Shown here in pieces: positions 19,601-31,000 of a DNA stretch of 64,000 nucleotides; the first letter of the stretch is position 1; each line of letters opens with the position of its first letter. The notes beneath the pieces are model-generated. The model saw only the letters and a list, made by a program, of their open reading frames with translations. It was not told the DNA's origin and did no database searches. The stretch is from Verrucomicrobiota bacterium. Its GTDB lineage: Bacteria; Verrucomicrobiota; Verrucomicrobiia; Limisphaerales; Palsa-1400. The translations under genes and the position numbers were made by a program. Where the stretch lies: contig JBEKYR010000008.1 of assembly GCA_049510745.1 (NCBI GenBank), forward strand, positions 64,001 to 128,000, written 5' to 3'.

Positions 19601-19787
19601 CCGGCGGATTTCCGCAACGGGATGGACGGCTTGGCGCAAGTGCTCCAGAGACAGTTCAATGACGGCCCAATGGCGGGCGTCTCGGTGGTTGTTTAGCCAT
19701 ATCTTGTCAGGCAGAGCGCAAATTCTGTTTGCTTTTTGGCGGTGGACACGGTATTTTTTTGCTTCCGATGCCAATAAATCAAATCCC

Positions 19788-22700
19788 ATGAAGAAATGCG
19801 TTTTAATCCTGCTCCCCTTGGTCCTGCTCACCATCACCCCCAGCCTGCCCGCCCAGGGCACGGCCTTCACCTATCAAGGCCAGCTCCAAAACAACGGCAG
19901 CCCGGCCGACGGCCATTACGACTTCACCTTCGCGCTGTTCGATAACAGCAGCACCAACACCGGCCAGCAGGTCGGCGTCACGAAGACCAACCTCGACGTC
20001 GGCGTGACCAACGGCCTGTTCACCGTCACGCTCGAGTTCGGCGAGAACTTTCCCGGCGCGAGCCGCTGGCTGGCCATTGGTGTGCGCACCAACGGCGGCG
20101 GCACGTTCACCCCGCTGGCGCCGCTCCAGCCGTTGACGCCCACGCCCTATGCCATTTACTCGCCCAATGCGGGGGCGGCGGCGAGCGCGAACTCGGTGGC
20201 GGGGTCGAACGTCGTGGGGAGCATCCCGGTGGGCGGACTGCCGGCCATTGTCCTGACCAATGGCGCGAGCGGGGTGAACATTTCCGGGGCGTTCAGTGGC
20301 AATGTCACTGCCACGAGCCTGCAAATGGCGCCCTTGACGGTGGTTTCCTCCACCAACTATGCCACCAATGGAACCTATACGTTCACCGTGCCCCCTTCGG
20401 TGACGGGCATGGTTGTCAAACTCTGGGGCGCAGGTGGAGGCGGGGGAGATTTTACTTCCGGCGGCGGCGGCGCCTTCTCGCAAGTATCGCTTAATGTGAC
20501 ACCCGGGGACACCTACGTGGTAGTGGTCGGCCAGGGGGGCGGCACCTATGCAGGTAACGATGCCGGTGGAGGAGCAGGATCTAATGATGGCAGTGGCGGC
20601 GCTGGCAATAATCTTGCCGGCGGCGGAGGCCAGGCCAGTTCGCTTTTCCATTACACCGGTTCGGCCTACATCATGCAAGCGGTGGCGGGCGGCGGCAGCG
20701 GCGGCTCAGATATAATCGCTGGCGCTGGAGGCCAGGCCAGCGGCTCCGGCGCCGGCTACGCTGCCGACGCGACGACGACTGGCGTAACCAATCTGGATTT
20801 GGTGGGTGGGGATGGACAGAGTCCGCCCAACCAAGCTACTGGCGGTGGCGGGGGCGGATACGGAGGCGGCGCGTCCCAGGGCTACCCCGGCAACTTTGTC
20901 TTTGGCGGTGGCTCGTATGGAGACGTAACTTTGGGCGGCGGCAACGTCACCCCCGGAAACACTGCTGATACCAACTATCTGGCCGGCTCGGGCATTGGCG
21001 GCAGCACAACGCCAACGAGCGGCGGGGACGGGTTGGCGGTAGTTCTCTTTGGCACAGGGGGTGGGTTGGGCGTCACCACGCTAACGGTGGGCGGCAGGAT
21101 CGGCATTGGCACCTCCGACCCCCAGCAAAAGCTGGATGTCAATGGGAATATCAATGCCAGCGGGGCCGTCACAGCCGCGAGCATTTCCGGCAATGTCGCA
21201 GCCGCGAGCCTGCAAATTGCGCCCTTGACGGTGGTGTCATCCACAACCTATGCCGCCAATGGAATCTATGCGTTCACCGTGCCGCCTTCCGTAACGAGTA
21301 TGGTCGTCAAGCTCTGGGGCGCAGGCGGCGGCGGAGGAGATTACACTTCCGGCGGCGGCGGCGCCTTCTCGCTGGTTTCGCTTAATGTGACGCCCGGAGA
21401 CACTTACGTGGTGGTGGTCGGCCAGGGCGGTGGCACCTATTCTAATAATGTTTCGGGAGGTGGAGCCGGAGCCAACGATGGCAGTGGCGGAGCCGGGTTT
21501 ATTAGCGGCACTGCCTATGCCGGCACTGGAGGCCAGGCCAGTTCGCTGTTCCTTTACAACGGCTTGGCCTACATCATGCAAGCGGTGGCGGGCGGCGGCG
21601 GCGCCGGCTCGGACTCTTGGGAGGCCACAGGGGGTCAGGCCGGCGGCTCCGGCAGCGGATACGCTGCCAACGCGACGACGACTGGCGTAACCAATCTGGA
21701 TCTGGTGGGCGGGGATGGACAGGCTGCGGATTTCATCGATACTGGCGGTTGCGGCGGCGGTTACGGAGGCGGCATCTTGTATGGTGAAACCAGCCAGGGC
21801 GGTGGCTCCTATGGGAACTTTACCATCGGCGGCAGCGTGGTCAGCCCCGGGAACACCGCTGATTCCAACTATCTCGCCGGCTCCGGCATCGGCGGCGGCA
21901 GCGGCGGTATCAACGCCACAGCCGGCAGCGACGGATTGGCGGTGGTTCTCTTTGGCACAGGGGGTGTCAATGGGAACCTCAACGCCAACGGGGCCGTCAC
22001 GGCCGCGACCTTTTCCGGCGACGGCGGCGGCTTGACGGACTTGAATGCGGCCAATCTCACCGGCGCACTGCCGGCCATCAGCGGGGCCAATCTGACGAGT
22101 TTGACGGCGGCCAATCTCCTCGGCCCACTGCCAGCCATCAGCGGCGCGAATCTGACGGACTTGAATGCGGCCAAGCTCACTGGCCCACTGCCGGCCATCA
22201 GCGGCGCGAATCTCACCGCCCTGCCCACCAACGCCGCGTTGCTCTCTTCCAACCAGACCTTTACCGGGCTGAATACTTTCAGTGCCGTGGCCGTCTTTAA
22301 TGGCGGAATTTCCAACAACAACGCAAACGGCTATGAGCAGAGTTCGCTGGGTGCGTTTAACATTGATGCCTCGGGCTTGACGGGCGGACGAATGACCGTG
22401 ACCACCGGCGGCCTGGTCGGCATCGGCACGAACAATCCTTCGACCCGATTGAATGTTGTCGGCACTGGCGTCACGGACGATGGCAAGTTGTTGATTCAGA
22501 CAACCGGCGGGTCTTTTGGGCCCCAGTTGCGCCTTAACAAGGGAGGAACCGGCGGGCAAGAATGGGTCTTCGTGGCAAATGGCACGGCCAATGGGGCGGT
22601 CGGCGCGTTGCAGATTGTTGAGTCCGGGCTCGGGACGCGCCTGATGATCGCGACCAATGGCGACGTGGGCATTGGCACGACCAGTCCCGACTCGCTCCTG

Positions 22701-23147
22701 ACCGTCGATGGCACGGCGGACAAACCCGGCGGCGGTTCGTGGAACACGTTTTCGGACGCGCGGTTGAAAGATGTCGGCGCTGCTTTCACCCACGGGATGG
22801 AGGCGTTGGCAGCGCTACAGCCCGTCCACTACCATTACAAGCCGGAAAATCCGCTGAATCTTCCTTCCCAGCCGGATTACATCGGCGTAGTCGCCCAGCA
22901 GGTGCAAGGCGTCATTCCCGAAGCCGTCCAGAAGAATCAAGACGGCTACCTCACCGTCAATAACGACCCGATTATCTGGACCATGGTCAATGCCATCAAG
23001 GAGTTGAATCAAAAGCACGAGGCCGAAGAGAAGGAAAAGGACGCGGAGATTGCCGCGCTGAAGTCCAAAGCCGACAAAGTGGATGCGCTTCAAAATCGTC
23101 TGGATGAACTGGAAACGACGGTAAGAGCGCTCGCTGAAAAGAAATGA
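19788..23147 (+). CDS. Secreted Gly-rich fibre-like protein with C-terminal peptidase S74 intramolecular chaperone
   Basis: Signal peptide, QGTAFTYQGQL, VGIGT..P repeats, FSDARLK cleavage motif, GVVAQQVQ..PEAV, terminal coiled coil. Confidence 0.88.
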   Translation: MKKCVLILLPLVLLTITPSLPAQGTAFTYQGQLQNNGSPADGHYDFTFALFDNSSTNTGQQVGVTKTNLDVGVTNGLFTVTLEFGENFPGASRWLAIGVRTNGGGTFTPLAPLQPLTPTPYAIYSPNAGAAASANSVAGSNVVGSIPVGGLPAIVLTNGASGVNISGAFSGNVTATSLQMAPLTVVSSTNYATNGTYTFTVPPSVTGMVVKLWGAGGGGGDFTSGGGGAFSQVSLNVTPGDTYVVVVGQGGGTYAGNDAGGGAGSNDGSGGAGNNLAGGGGQASSLFHYTGSAYIMQAVAGGGSGGSDIIAGAGGQASGSGAGYAADATTTGVTNLDLVGGDGQSPPNQATGGGGGGYGGGASQGYPGNFVFGGGSYGDVTLGGGNVTPGNTADTNYLAGSGIGGSTTPTSGGDGLAVVLFGTGGGLGVTTLTVGGRIGIGTSDPQQKLDVNGNINASGAVTAASISGNVAAASLQIAPLTVVSSTTYAANGIYAFTVPPSVTSMVVKLWGAGGGGGDYTSGGGGAFSLVSLNVTPGDTYVVVVGQGGGTYSNNVSGGGAGANDGSGGAGFISGTAYAGTGGQASSLFLYNGLAYIMQAVAGGGGAGSDSWEATGGQAGGSGSGYAANATTTGVTNLDLVGGDGQAADFIDTGGCGGGYGGGILYGETSQGGGSYGNFTIGGSVVSPGNTADSNYLAGSGIGGGSGGINATAGSDGLAVVLFGTGGVNGNLNANGAVTAATFSGDGGGLTDLNAANLTGALPAISGANLTSLTAANLLGPLPAISGANLTDLNAAKLTGPLPAISGANLTALPTNAALLSSNQTFTGLNTFSAVAVFNGGISNNNANGYEQSSLGAFNIDASGLTGGRMTVTTGGLVGIGTNNPSTRLNVVGTGVTDDGKLLIQTTGGSFGPQLRLNKGGTGGQEWVFVANGTANGAVGALQIVESGLGTRLMIATNGDVGIGTTSPDSLLTVDGTADKPGGGSWNTFSDARLKDVGAAFTHGMEALAALQPVHYHYKPENPLNLPSQPDYIGVVAQQVQGVIPEAVQKNQDGYLTVNNDPIIWTMVNAIKELNQKHEAEEKEKDAEIAALKSKADKVDALQNRLDELETTVRALAEKK
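20295..21965 (+). repeat. Intragenic tandem duplication of a ~255-aa Gly-rich module
   Basis: 20295-21062 versus 21186-21965 (SGNV.A.SLQ.APL ... LAVVLFGTGG). Confidence 0.9.
22033..22220 (+). repeat. Three 60-bp coding repeats (L.AANL.G.LPAISGANLT)
   Basis: Seen directly in DNA and protein. Confidence 0.9.
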
Positions 23148-23190
23148 GGCAAGCCCGGAGAATTTATTCTCCCCGGCCAATCCCAGGGAA

Positions 23191-23586
23191 TCAGGCGGCC
23201 ACTTCCTCGTCGGCGAGTTTGCGGCAGAGGGTGGCCACGCTGAGGTTGAGGAGTTGGGCGGCTTTTTCCTTGTCGCCACCGGCCAGGGCCAGGGCGCGGT
23301 TGACGTAAAATTGCTGGGAGAGGGGATGGCCGGCGCTTTCCGCAGGGCCGGCGGGTGACACGGGCAGACCGGGGGTATCCCCGGGCGCGGTGTCGGGAAT
23401 TTCCACCAGTTCCTCGCTGTCGTCGCTGGGGGCCTGGCGGCGCACGGCGGGGGGCAGATCGGCCACCTTGATGGTGCCGGCTTCGCACAGGGCGCAGGCG
23501 CGTTCGATGGTGTTTTCCAGTTCGCGCACGTTCCCCGGCCAGTCATGCGCCGAAAGCACCTCCAGGGCGTTGCGCATCGCGGCCAA
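23191..23586 (-). pseudogene. C-terminal remnant of a sigma54 enhancer-binding protein
   Basis: HDWPGNVRELEN.IERA and Fis HTH (AAQLLNLS.ATL.RKL); AAA+ core missing. Confidence 0.8.
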
Positions 23587-23673
23587 TCTGGGGGTGGAAA
23601 GTCGCTGGCTGATCCCCGCCTACGAGGACGTTTTTTATTACACTTGGAAGGAACGCCGGCTGCCGTCCAACGT

Positions 23674-23745
23674 GGCGAGGCGCCGAACACGGCGGGCGAG
23701 GGCGCCCGCGCTCCCCAAAACCCCTACGCCTCAGCGGCTACAGTT
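23674..23745 (+). repeat. REP family D, partial copy
   Basis: 72 bp identical to 62766-62837. Confidence 0.95.
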
Positions 23746-23759
23746 TTCATGAAATTGCT

Positions 23760-25187
23760 CTAATCCTCCGCCCCTTCCTCCGGCCGCAGGCCAAAGGCAG
23801 TCAGTTTCTCGCGCATGGTGATGCGGGAGACGCCGAGCCAGCGGGCGGCTTTGGCCTGGTTGCCGTGGGCCAGGTGGATGGCTTGGGCGAATAACTCGCG
23901 CTCAAGAGCGTCAATGACTTTGCCATGCACGCGGTCCAGTTCGCCGGAGCGGGCTTTCATGAGGAAATCCGAAACCCACGCGGCCATGGAGGCGTCGGGG
24001 CTTTCGGGGGGGCGGCTCATCTTGGCGAGGACCTGGCGGACATGGTCCAGGGTGATGGTGTACTTGCGGGCCAGGAGGAGGGCCTGGCGGACGACGTTTT
24101 CCAATTGCCGGATGTTGCCCGGCCAGGGCTGCTCGCAGAGGAAGGCGATGGCCTCGGGCTGGATGGCGGGGGACTGCACGCCAAGTTCGGCGCCGTACTT
24201 GCGGAGGAAGTATTTGACAAGGCTGGGAACGTCCTCCGCCCGCTGGCGCAGGGGCGGCAGTTGCACCTGCACGACGTTGAGCCGGTAGAACAAGTCCTCG
24301 CGGAATTGCCTGTCGCGCATGGCCCCTTCCAGGTCGCGATGGGTGGCGGCGATGACGCGGACGTTGATGGGGATGGATTCCTTGCCGCCGAGGCGTTCGA
24401 GGGATTTTTCCTGGAGGACGCGGAGGAATTTCGCCTGGGTGTTCAGGCTCATGTCGCCGATTTCATCGAGGAAGACGGTGCCGTTGTTGGCCTGCTCGAA
24501 GCGGCCAATGCGCCGGGTCTCCGCCCCGGTGAAGGCGCCGCGCTCGTGCCCGAAGAGTTCGCTCTCCAGCAACGTCTCCGGGATGGCGGCGCAATTGACG
24601 GCGACAAAGGGAGCGGCGGCGCGGTCGCTGTGCTGGTAAATGGCGCGCGCGATCAATTCCTTGCCGGTGCCGGTTTCGCCGCGAATGAGGACGGTGACGG
24701 GGCGCTCGGCAATGCGGCCGATTTCCTTGTAAATTTCCTGCATGCTGCGGCTGTTGCCGATGAGGGCGTCGCGGGCGGAGTCGGCCGCGCCGATTTCGAC
24801 GACCTCGGACATGAGGCGGCTGCTGGCAACGGCTTTGGCGACCAGCTCGAGCAGTTCCTCCATCTCGAAGGGCTTGAGCAAATAATCGTAAGCGCCCAGC
24901 TTGGTGGCTTCGATGGCGATGTCGGTCGTGCCGTGGGCGGTCATGAGGATGACGGGCAGGCGGGGCTTGGTGGCGTGGACTTGGCGGACGACTTCCAATC
25001 CGTTGAGGCCGGGCAATTTGAAATCACTCACGACCAGGTCGAAGTCCTGGGCGCAGGCTTCGGCCAGGCCGGTGTCGCCGCGGGTGGCGATGTGGACGCG
25101 GTAATCCTCGTCGCGCAGGACGCGTTCCAGGGCGGCGGAGGCGCTGGGGTCGTCTTCAATGAGCAGGATTTTAGGCGCCGTTGTCAT
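23760..25187 (-). CDS. sigma54-dependent response regulator (NtrC family)
   Basis: REC domain, GETGTGKE, GAFTGA, WPGNIRQL, Fis HTH. Confidence 0.96.
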   Translation of the reverse strand: MTTAPKILLIEDDPSASAALERVLRDEDYRVHIATRGDTGLAEACAQDFDLVVSDFKLPGLNGLEVVRQVHATKPRLPVILMTAHGTTDIAIEATKLGAYDYLLKPFEMEELLELVAKAVASSRLMSEVVEIGAADSARDALIGNSRSMQEIYKEIGRIAERPVTVLIRGETGTGKELIARAIYQHSDRAAAPFVAVNCAAIPETLLESELFGHERGAFTGAETRRIGRFEQANNGTVFLDEIGDMSLNTQAKFLRVLQEKSLERLGGKESIPINVRVIAATHRDLEGAMRDRQFREDLFYRLNVVQVQLPPLRQRAEDVPSLVKYFLRKYGAELGVQSPAIQPEAIAFLCEQPWPGNIRQLENVVRQALLLARKYTITLDHVRQVLAKMSRPPESPDASMAAWVSDFLMKARSGELDRVHGKVIDALERELFAQAIHLAHGNQAKAARWLGVSRITMREKLTAFGLRPEEGAED

Positions 25188-26535
25188 GAGGGGAGCAAGT
25201 GGGAAGGATGACCCCGAAGGTGGTGCCGCGATGGGGGCTGGTCTGGAATTCGAGCAGTCCGCCGTGTTTTTCGACGATGCGGGCGGCGATGGAAAGGCCC
25301 AGGCCGGTGCCGGATTCCTTGGTGGAAAAGAACGGATCGAACAAGCGTTTCTGCACGTCGGCGGGAATGCCCTTGCCGTTGTCTTCGGTTTCCAAAAAGA
25401 TGGCGCGCCGGTGCTGTCCGCCCAGGCGGGCGGCGCCCTCGCGGGCGCGCAAGGTGATCTGGCCGTTGCGGCCGATGCTTTCGGCGGCGTTCTGCACCAG
25501 GTTGATGAGCACCTGTTTGAGCTGTTGCGGATCGGCCCGGAAATGGCCGGTGGATTGGATGTCGAGTTTGAGTTGGATGGCCAGCTTCTCGCATTGCGGG
25601 GCCAACAGATCGCGCACTTCCGCCAGCGTCTTTTCCGGCGTGAGAGTCGCCAGGCGCGGTTCAGAGGGGCGGGCGAATTGGAGGAAATCCTGGACAATGC
25701 GCTCCAGACGGTTGAGTTCGTTGCCAATGACCAGCGCATCGCGGTATTCGGGCGAATTGCGGTCGAAGGAACGCTGGTGGCTGAAGAGGCGCGCCTTGAG
25801 GGCGGTGAGGGGATTGCGGATTTCGTGGGCGACACCGGCGGCCAGCACGCCGAGCGAGGCGAGTTTTTCCTGGCGTTCGATGATTTCCTTGCTTTGCACC
25901 AGTTGCAAGCGCAGGGGCATGATCATTTCGCGGTAAACGGTCATCGAGAGCCAGGCGAGGGAGCCGAGCAACAGGAGGATCGAACCGAAGATGAGCCAGC
26001 GCAGGACGGAAACGGATTTTTGCGAGGCGAGCAGCGAATCCTCCAGCAGTTGGCGGTGGGCGTCCTCCAGGCGATAGCCCAGTTCCAGGAGCGGCTGGGC
26101 GGCTTTTTGAATGCCCTCGATGTGCCGCAGTTTGGCCTCCTCGCTTTGGGCGGCTTGATCGAGGCCGTTGGTGGCGGCAACCAAAAAGATGTCGTAAGCG
26201 CGGTCGATCTGGTTCAATACCTCCAACTCGGCCGGCCGCAGAACCGGTTTTTGGGCGTCAATCCAGTTATTGAGTTCGGCGCTTTCCAGGCGGTAGTTCT
26301 GCAATTCCTTTGCGTCCGGCTGCAGATCGTATCGGACCAGCCGGCTGTAGAGGCGCAGAGTTTCGTCCTGCACGTGGTCGGCAATTTCAAAACTGCGCAA
26401 GTGCCCCGTGCTCAGGCTGGCGCGCAAGCGGCTGACTTCCCGCCAACTGTCAAACGCCGCCCATCCAATCAGCGCCGCCAAGACCCCGATGGACAGTCCG
26501 AAAGCCGCCAGCCGGATTTTCAAGGCCCGGTTCAT
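25171..26535 (-). CDS. Membrane sensor histidine kinase
   Basis: Two TM segments, AHEIRNPL H-box, NLVQNA, GTGLGL. Confidence 0.95.
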   Translation of the reverse strand: MNRALKIRLAAFGLSIGVLAALIGWAAFDSWREVSRLRASLSTGHLRSFEIADHVQDETLRLYSRLVRYDLQPDAKELQNYRLESAELNNWIDAQKPVLRPAELEVLNQIDRAYDIFLVAATNGLDQAAQSEEAKLRHIEGIQKAAQPLLELGYRLEDAHRQLLEDSLLASQKSVSVLRWLIFGSILLLLGSLAWLSMTVYREMIMPLRLQLVQSKEIIERQEKLASLGVLAAGVAHEIRNPLTALKARLFSHQRSFDRNSPEYRDALVIGNELNRLERIVQDFLQFARPSEPRLATLTPEKTLAEVRDLLAPQCEKLAIQLKLDIQSTGHFRADPQQLKQVLINLVQNAAESIGRNGQITLRAREGAARLGGQHRRAIFLETEDNGKGIPADVQKRLFDPFFSTKESGTGLGLSIAARIVEKHGGLLEFQTSPHRGTTFGVILPTCSPHDNGA

Positions 26536-26652
26536 TGTGGAAACCAAGTTACCAGCAGTGGAAAGCAAATGACAAGGGTGGCGTGGGCGGCGGAAAACCG
26601 CTTCGCAAATAATGCGTTGGAAATCAGGCACTTGCAGCTTTAGGCATCCTGC

Positions 26653-26668
26653 TGGCACACGCGCTGCT
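26653..26668 (+). promoter_or_regulatory. sigma54 -24/-12 promoter
   Basis: TGGCAC-ACGCG-CTGC (GG-N10-GC) upstream of the RND operon, divergent from the NtrC-like pair. Confidence 0.7.
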
Positions 26669-26758
26669 TTGAAGGAAGGTTCATGGTTTTATTCGCAACC
26701 AAACGGCGGCTTGAACCGCGCTTGTCTGGATTGCGGAACGGGCCGTCCCGAATTTACA

Positions 26759-27970
26759 ATGAAGAATCCATTACCGATTGGCAGCCGAGCAGCCGCAGCA
26801 GCACTGACGGTTGGGATTATTGTTTTCGCAACTGTCCTTCTGAAATCCGGGTCCGGCCAGCCGGCGAACACGAACCCGGCGCCAAGGCCAGGTTCAGTTT
26901 CCAACGCCGTTCCCTCCGAAGCGACGGTGGATTTGTCGCCGGGCCAACTGAACGCGATCAAAATCGAGGCGGTTGGAACTTATCTTTTTCCTGTTGAGAA
27001 AGAGGCGGTCGGGAACATCGCTTTTGTCGATGATCTGTCGGTCCAGGTCTTTCCGCCCTATCAGGGAAAGCTCCTCAAGACTTTCGTCGAGCTGGGGGAC
27101 GACGTGCAAAAGGGACAGCCGCTTTATACAATTGACAGTCCCGACCTCATCCAGGCCGAATCGACCTTGATCGGGGCCGCCGCCACGCTTGATCTGACCA
27201 GCAAAGAACTGGCGCGCGCCAAGGAGCTTTATGGAACCAACGGAGTATCCGAACGAGAGAAGGAACAGGCGACCTCCGATGAACAGACGGCCGAAGGCGC
27301 CCTCAAAGCGGCCCGGGACGCGGTCCGGGTCTTCGGAAAAACCGAGGCCGAAATCGATCAGATTGTCGCCACGCGCAAGATTGACCCCGCCCTGGTCGTG
27401 CCCAGCCCGGTGACCGGTCAGATCACATCCATGAATGCGCCGCCGGGGCTATTGGTGCAGCCGGGAACCGCGCCGGCGCCCTATTCGGTCGCCGACATCT
27501 CGGTCAAATGGATGCTGGCCAGTGTCACCGAAAGCGACAGCCCGCTTTATCACGCGGGGCAGCCGGTTGAAGTCAAGGTGATGGCCTATCCCGGCCGCGT
27601 GTTCAAAGGCACGATTTCAAAAATATACGCGACAGTAGATCCGAGCACCCATAGAGTCATGATCCGCTCTGAAATCGCGGACCCCAGACATGAGTTGCGT
27701 CCCGGAATGCTGGCCAACTTCGCGATTCGAGTCCAGGAGCCGGTGGAGTCTGTCGCCCTGCCGATGAATGGGGCGGTTCGAAATGGCGATGGCACGATGG
27801 CGGCCTGGGTGACGACCGACCGCCACCGCTTTTCACAACGAATCATCAAGGTTGGTCTGCAACGAGACGGTCGCTATCAGGTTCTCGAAGGATTGCAGCG
27901 GGGAGAACTGGCCGTCACGGATGGGGCCGTTTTTCTCAGCAACATCCTATACGCGCCGCCGACCGACTAG
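26759..27970 (+). CDS. RND periplasmic adaptor (CzcB/CusB-like)
   Basis: N-terminal TM, LGD.V.KGQPL..IDSPDL, LRPGMLA. Confidence 0.9.
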   Translation: MKNPLPIGSRAAAAALTVGIIVFATVLLKSGSGQPANTNPAPRPGSVSNAVPSEATVDLSPGQLNAIKIEAVGTYLFPVEKEAVGNIAFVDDLSVQVFPPYQGKLLKTFVELGDDVQKGQPLYTIDSPDLIQAESTLIGAAATLDLTSKELARAKELYGTNGVSEREKEQATSDEQTAEGALKAARDAVRVFGKTEAEIDQIVATRKIDPALVVPSPVTGQITSMNAPPGLLVQPGTAPAPYSVADISVKWMLASVTESDSPLYHAGQPVEVKVMAYPGRVFKGTISKIYATVDPSTHRVMIRSEIADPRHELRPGMLANFAIRVQEPVESVALPMNGAVRNGDGTMAAWVTTDRHRFSQRIIKVGLQRDGRYQVLEGLQRGELAVTDGAVFLSNILYAPPTD

Positions 27971-28006
27971 CTGACTCCCAAGCCAATGACTCAATAAAGC
28001 CCAGTC

Positions 28007-31000
28007 ATGCTCAAGTCTCTTATTTCAGCCTGCCTCAGCCGACGCGCGATTGTTGTGTTCGCGTTGCTGGCGTTTGCGGGGGCAGGCTGCTTCGCTTTCA
28101 AGAAGCTCAACATTGAGGCCTATCCAAACCCGACGCCGGTCATCCTGGAAATCACGGCGCAGGCGGCGGGTCTCTCCGCCGAGGAGATGGAGCGTTACTA
28201 CACGATTCCAATAGAGATCGGGCTTTACACGACGCCTGGCATTGAGGTCATCCGTTCCACTTCTTTCTACGGGCTATCGTTTATCCGTGTGGTGTTCAAG
28301 TATGGGATTGACTATCACTTCGCTTACGCCCAGGCGGATATAGCGATACAACAAAATGTCACCCTTCCCGGCAATCAGACACCTCAAATCCAACAGAACA
28401 GCTCGACCGGGGAGATCTATCGTTACCAGGTGGTCGGTCCGAAGCGTTTTGGGCTGACCAATCTCCGCACGGTGCAGGATTGGATCGTGTTGCGCCGGCT
28501 CTCGACCATACCCGGCATCGTGCAGGTCAACAGTTGGGGCGGCACGACCAAGGAATTTGACGTCGAGGTGGACCCTCAGAAACTGGAAGCCTACAACGTC
28601 ACCGTGCCGCAAGTTTTGACTGCGCTGGGCAACGCGAACATCAACGTCGGCGGGCGCGAGATTCGCATCGGCCAGCAGTCCATCAACATCCGGGGCGTCG
28701 GTTTGATTGATGACGGCGGCGGCGATGATCTGACCCAGGGCTACAAGGTGGATGACATCGAGAACGCTGTCCTGACCCAGGCAAACGGCGTTCCGGTGCT
28801 GGTGAAAGACGTGGCGAAAGTGAAGGTGGGCTATGTGCCGAGGCTGGGCATTTGCGGGCGGGACCAGGAGGACGACGTGGCAGCGTCCATTGTGGTGATG
28901 AGCCGGGTGGAGCAAACCGCCAAAATGCTGCCCAAGGTCAAGGCCGAAGTGGCCAAAATGAACAGGGATGGAAGCCTGCCGCCAGGAGTCAAGCTGGTTC
29001 CCTTTTATGATCGCGGCTCGCTCATCGCGCTGACGACCCACACCGTTCTGCACAATCTCATTTTTGGATGCCTGCTGGTGTTCCTAATCCAGTGGATATT
29101 CCTGGGAGACCTCCGCAGCGCGGTCATCGTGGGAGTGAATATCCCGTTTGCGTTGTTCTTTGCCATCATGCTGCTGGTGGCACAGGGAGAAAGCGCCAAC
29201 CTGCTGTCGGTCGGCGCTGTTGATTTTGGCATCATTGTGGATTCGGCTGTGATCCTGGTCGAGAATATCTTCCGAAATTTCCAAAGGTCCGCGGAAGAAA
29301 GGAAGGGCCTGCTGGCGCGTCTGACGGACGGCTTTTATGGGCCGGACCCGACGAACGAGCTGCATTCCCGGCCCGGCCACAGTTGGACCGAGCGCCTGCG
29401 GCTGATTCTGGTCAGTGCGCTGCAGGTGGACAGGGCGGTCTTCTTCTCGGCGCTCATCACCGTGGCCGGTTTCGTGCCGCTGTTCACCATGCAGGGAGTC
29501 GAGGGCCAGATTTTTGCCCCCATGGCGCGCACCTACGGATACGCGCTGGCAGGGGCCTTGATCGCGACCTTCACGGTCACGCCCGTGCTCGCCTCGTTTT
29601 TTCTGCCCCAGCGTGTGGAGGAAGCCGAGACGCTAGTCGTGCGCCTCCTGCACCGTGTCTATAATCCGACGCTGCGTTTCGCGTTGGGCCACCGCGCCCT
29701 CATGGTCGGCGTCGGAATTGTCTTTCTTGCCGCGACCGCGTTCCTGTCGCTGCGGCTGGGGAGCGAGTTTCTCCCGCAACTGGAAGAGGGCAATTTTTGG
29801 ATTCGCGCCTCGATGCCGATGACGCTCTCCCTGGAAGACGGGGAAGCGGCGACGAGAAAAATGCGGCTGATTCTTTTGAAATATCCGGAAGTGGTGACAG
29901 TCGTTTCGCAGCATGGCCGGCCCGATAACGGGAGCGACGCATCGCCGTTCTCCAATGTCGAGTTGTTCGTGCCGCTGAAGCCGTTGGACGAATGGCCGAA
30001 GGGTTTGACCAAGGAGAAGCTGACGGAGCAGGTGCAGAAGGAGTTCCAAAACGAATTGCCGGGAGTGACTTTCAATTTTTCTCAATACATCCAGGACAAC
30101 ATTGAGGAGGCGATCTCCGGGGTCAAAGGGGCCAATTCCGTCAAGATTATCGGTCCCAATCTCGGGATGTTGGAGAAGTTTGCCGCGCAAGTCAGGGACG
30201 AGATGAGCCAGGTTCGCGGAGTTGCCGATCTGGGAATCTTCCCGGTCCTTGGGCAGCCGAACCTGAATATCAAGGTGGATCGGGCCAAGGCGGCGCGATA
30301 CGGCCTGAACTCCGGCGACGTGACCGCAGTGATCCAGGCGGCGCTGGGCGGGGCGGCGGCCAGCACGGTCCTGGAGGGGGATCGCCAGTTCGGCCTGGTC
30401 GTCCGTTTTGCGCCCGAATACCGGGACAGCATCGAAAAGATTCGCAACATCAAGGTGGGCTATCAGACGGGCAGCGGCGCCAACGCCTATATCCCGTTGC
30501 GCGAACTGGCGACGATCACGTTGGACACCGGGGCGGCCTGGATTTATCACGAGAGCACGCAGCGCTTTATCCCGATCAAGTTCAGTGTGCGGGGTCGCGA
30601 TCTGGGGAGCACCGTGGCCGAGGCGCAGGCGCGCTTGGCGAAGAAAGTGAAACTTCCCAGCGGCTATCGCATGGTCTGGGCGGGCGAGTTCGAAGACCTT
30701 CAGCTTGCCAAAGAGCGCCTGGAACTGGTGGTGCCGGTCAGCTTGGCGCTCATCATTGGGTTGCTCTATTGCCTGTTCAATTCGCTGCTGGAGTGCGTCC
30801 TGACGCTTTCCGGCATTCCGTTCGCGATTGCCGGCGGCGTGCTGGCACTCTATGTCTCCGGCCTCAATTTCAGCATCTCCGCCGCCATCGGCTTCGTTTC
30901 ACTCTTTGGCGTGTCGGTCATGAATGGCATTCTGTTAATCACCTATTTCAACCAGGCAAGGCTTCACGGCTGGACGCCCGTGGAATCGATGTTTCACGCC

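Noticed and set aside
20295..21965. Diversity-generating retroelement TR/VR pair
   Set aside because: Both copies are in-frame coding modules, differences include indels and are not adenine-specific, and no reverse transcriptase is present.
23760..25835. 691-aa extended response regulator
   Set aside because: The extension overlaps the kinase in another frame; the real start is MTTAPK at 25187.
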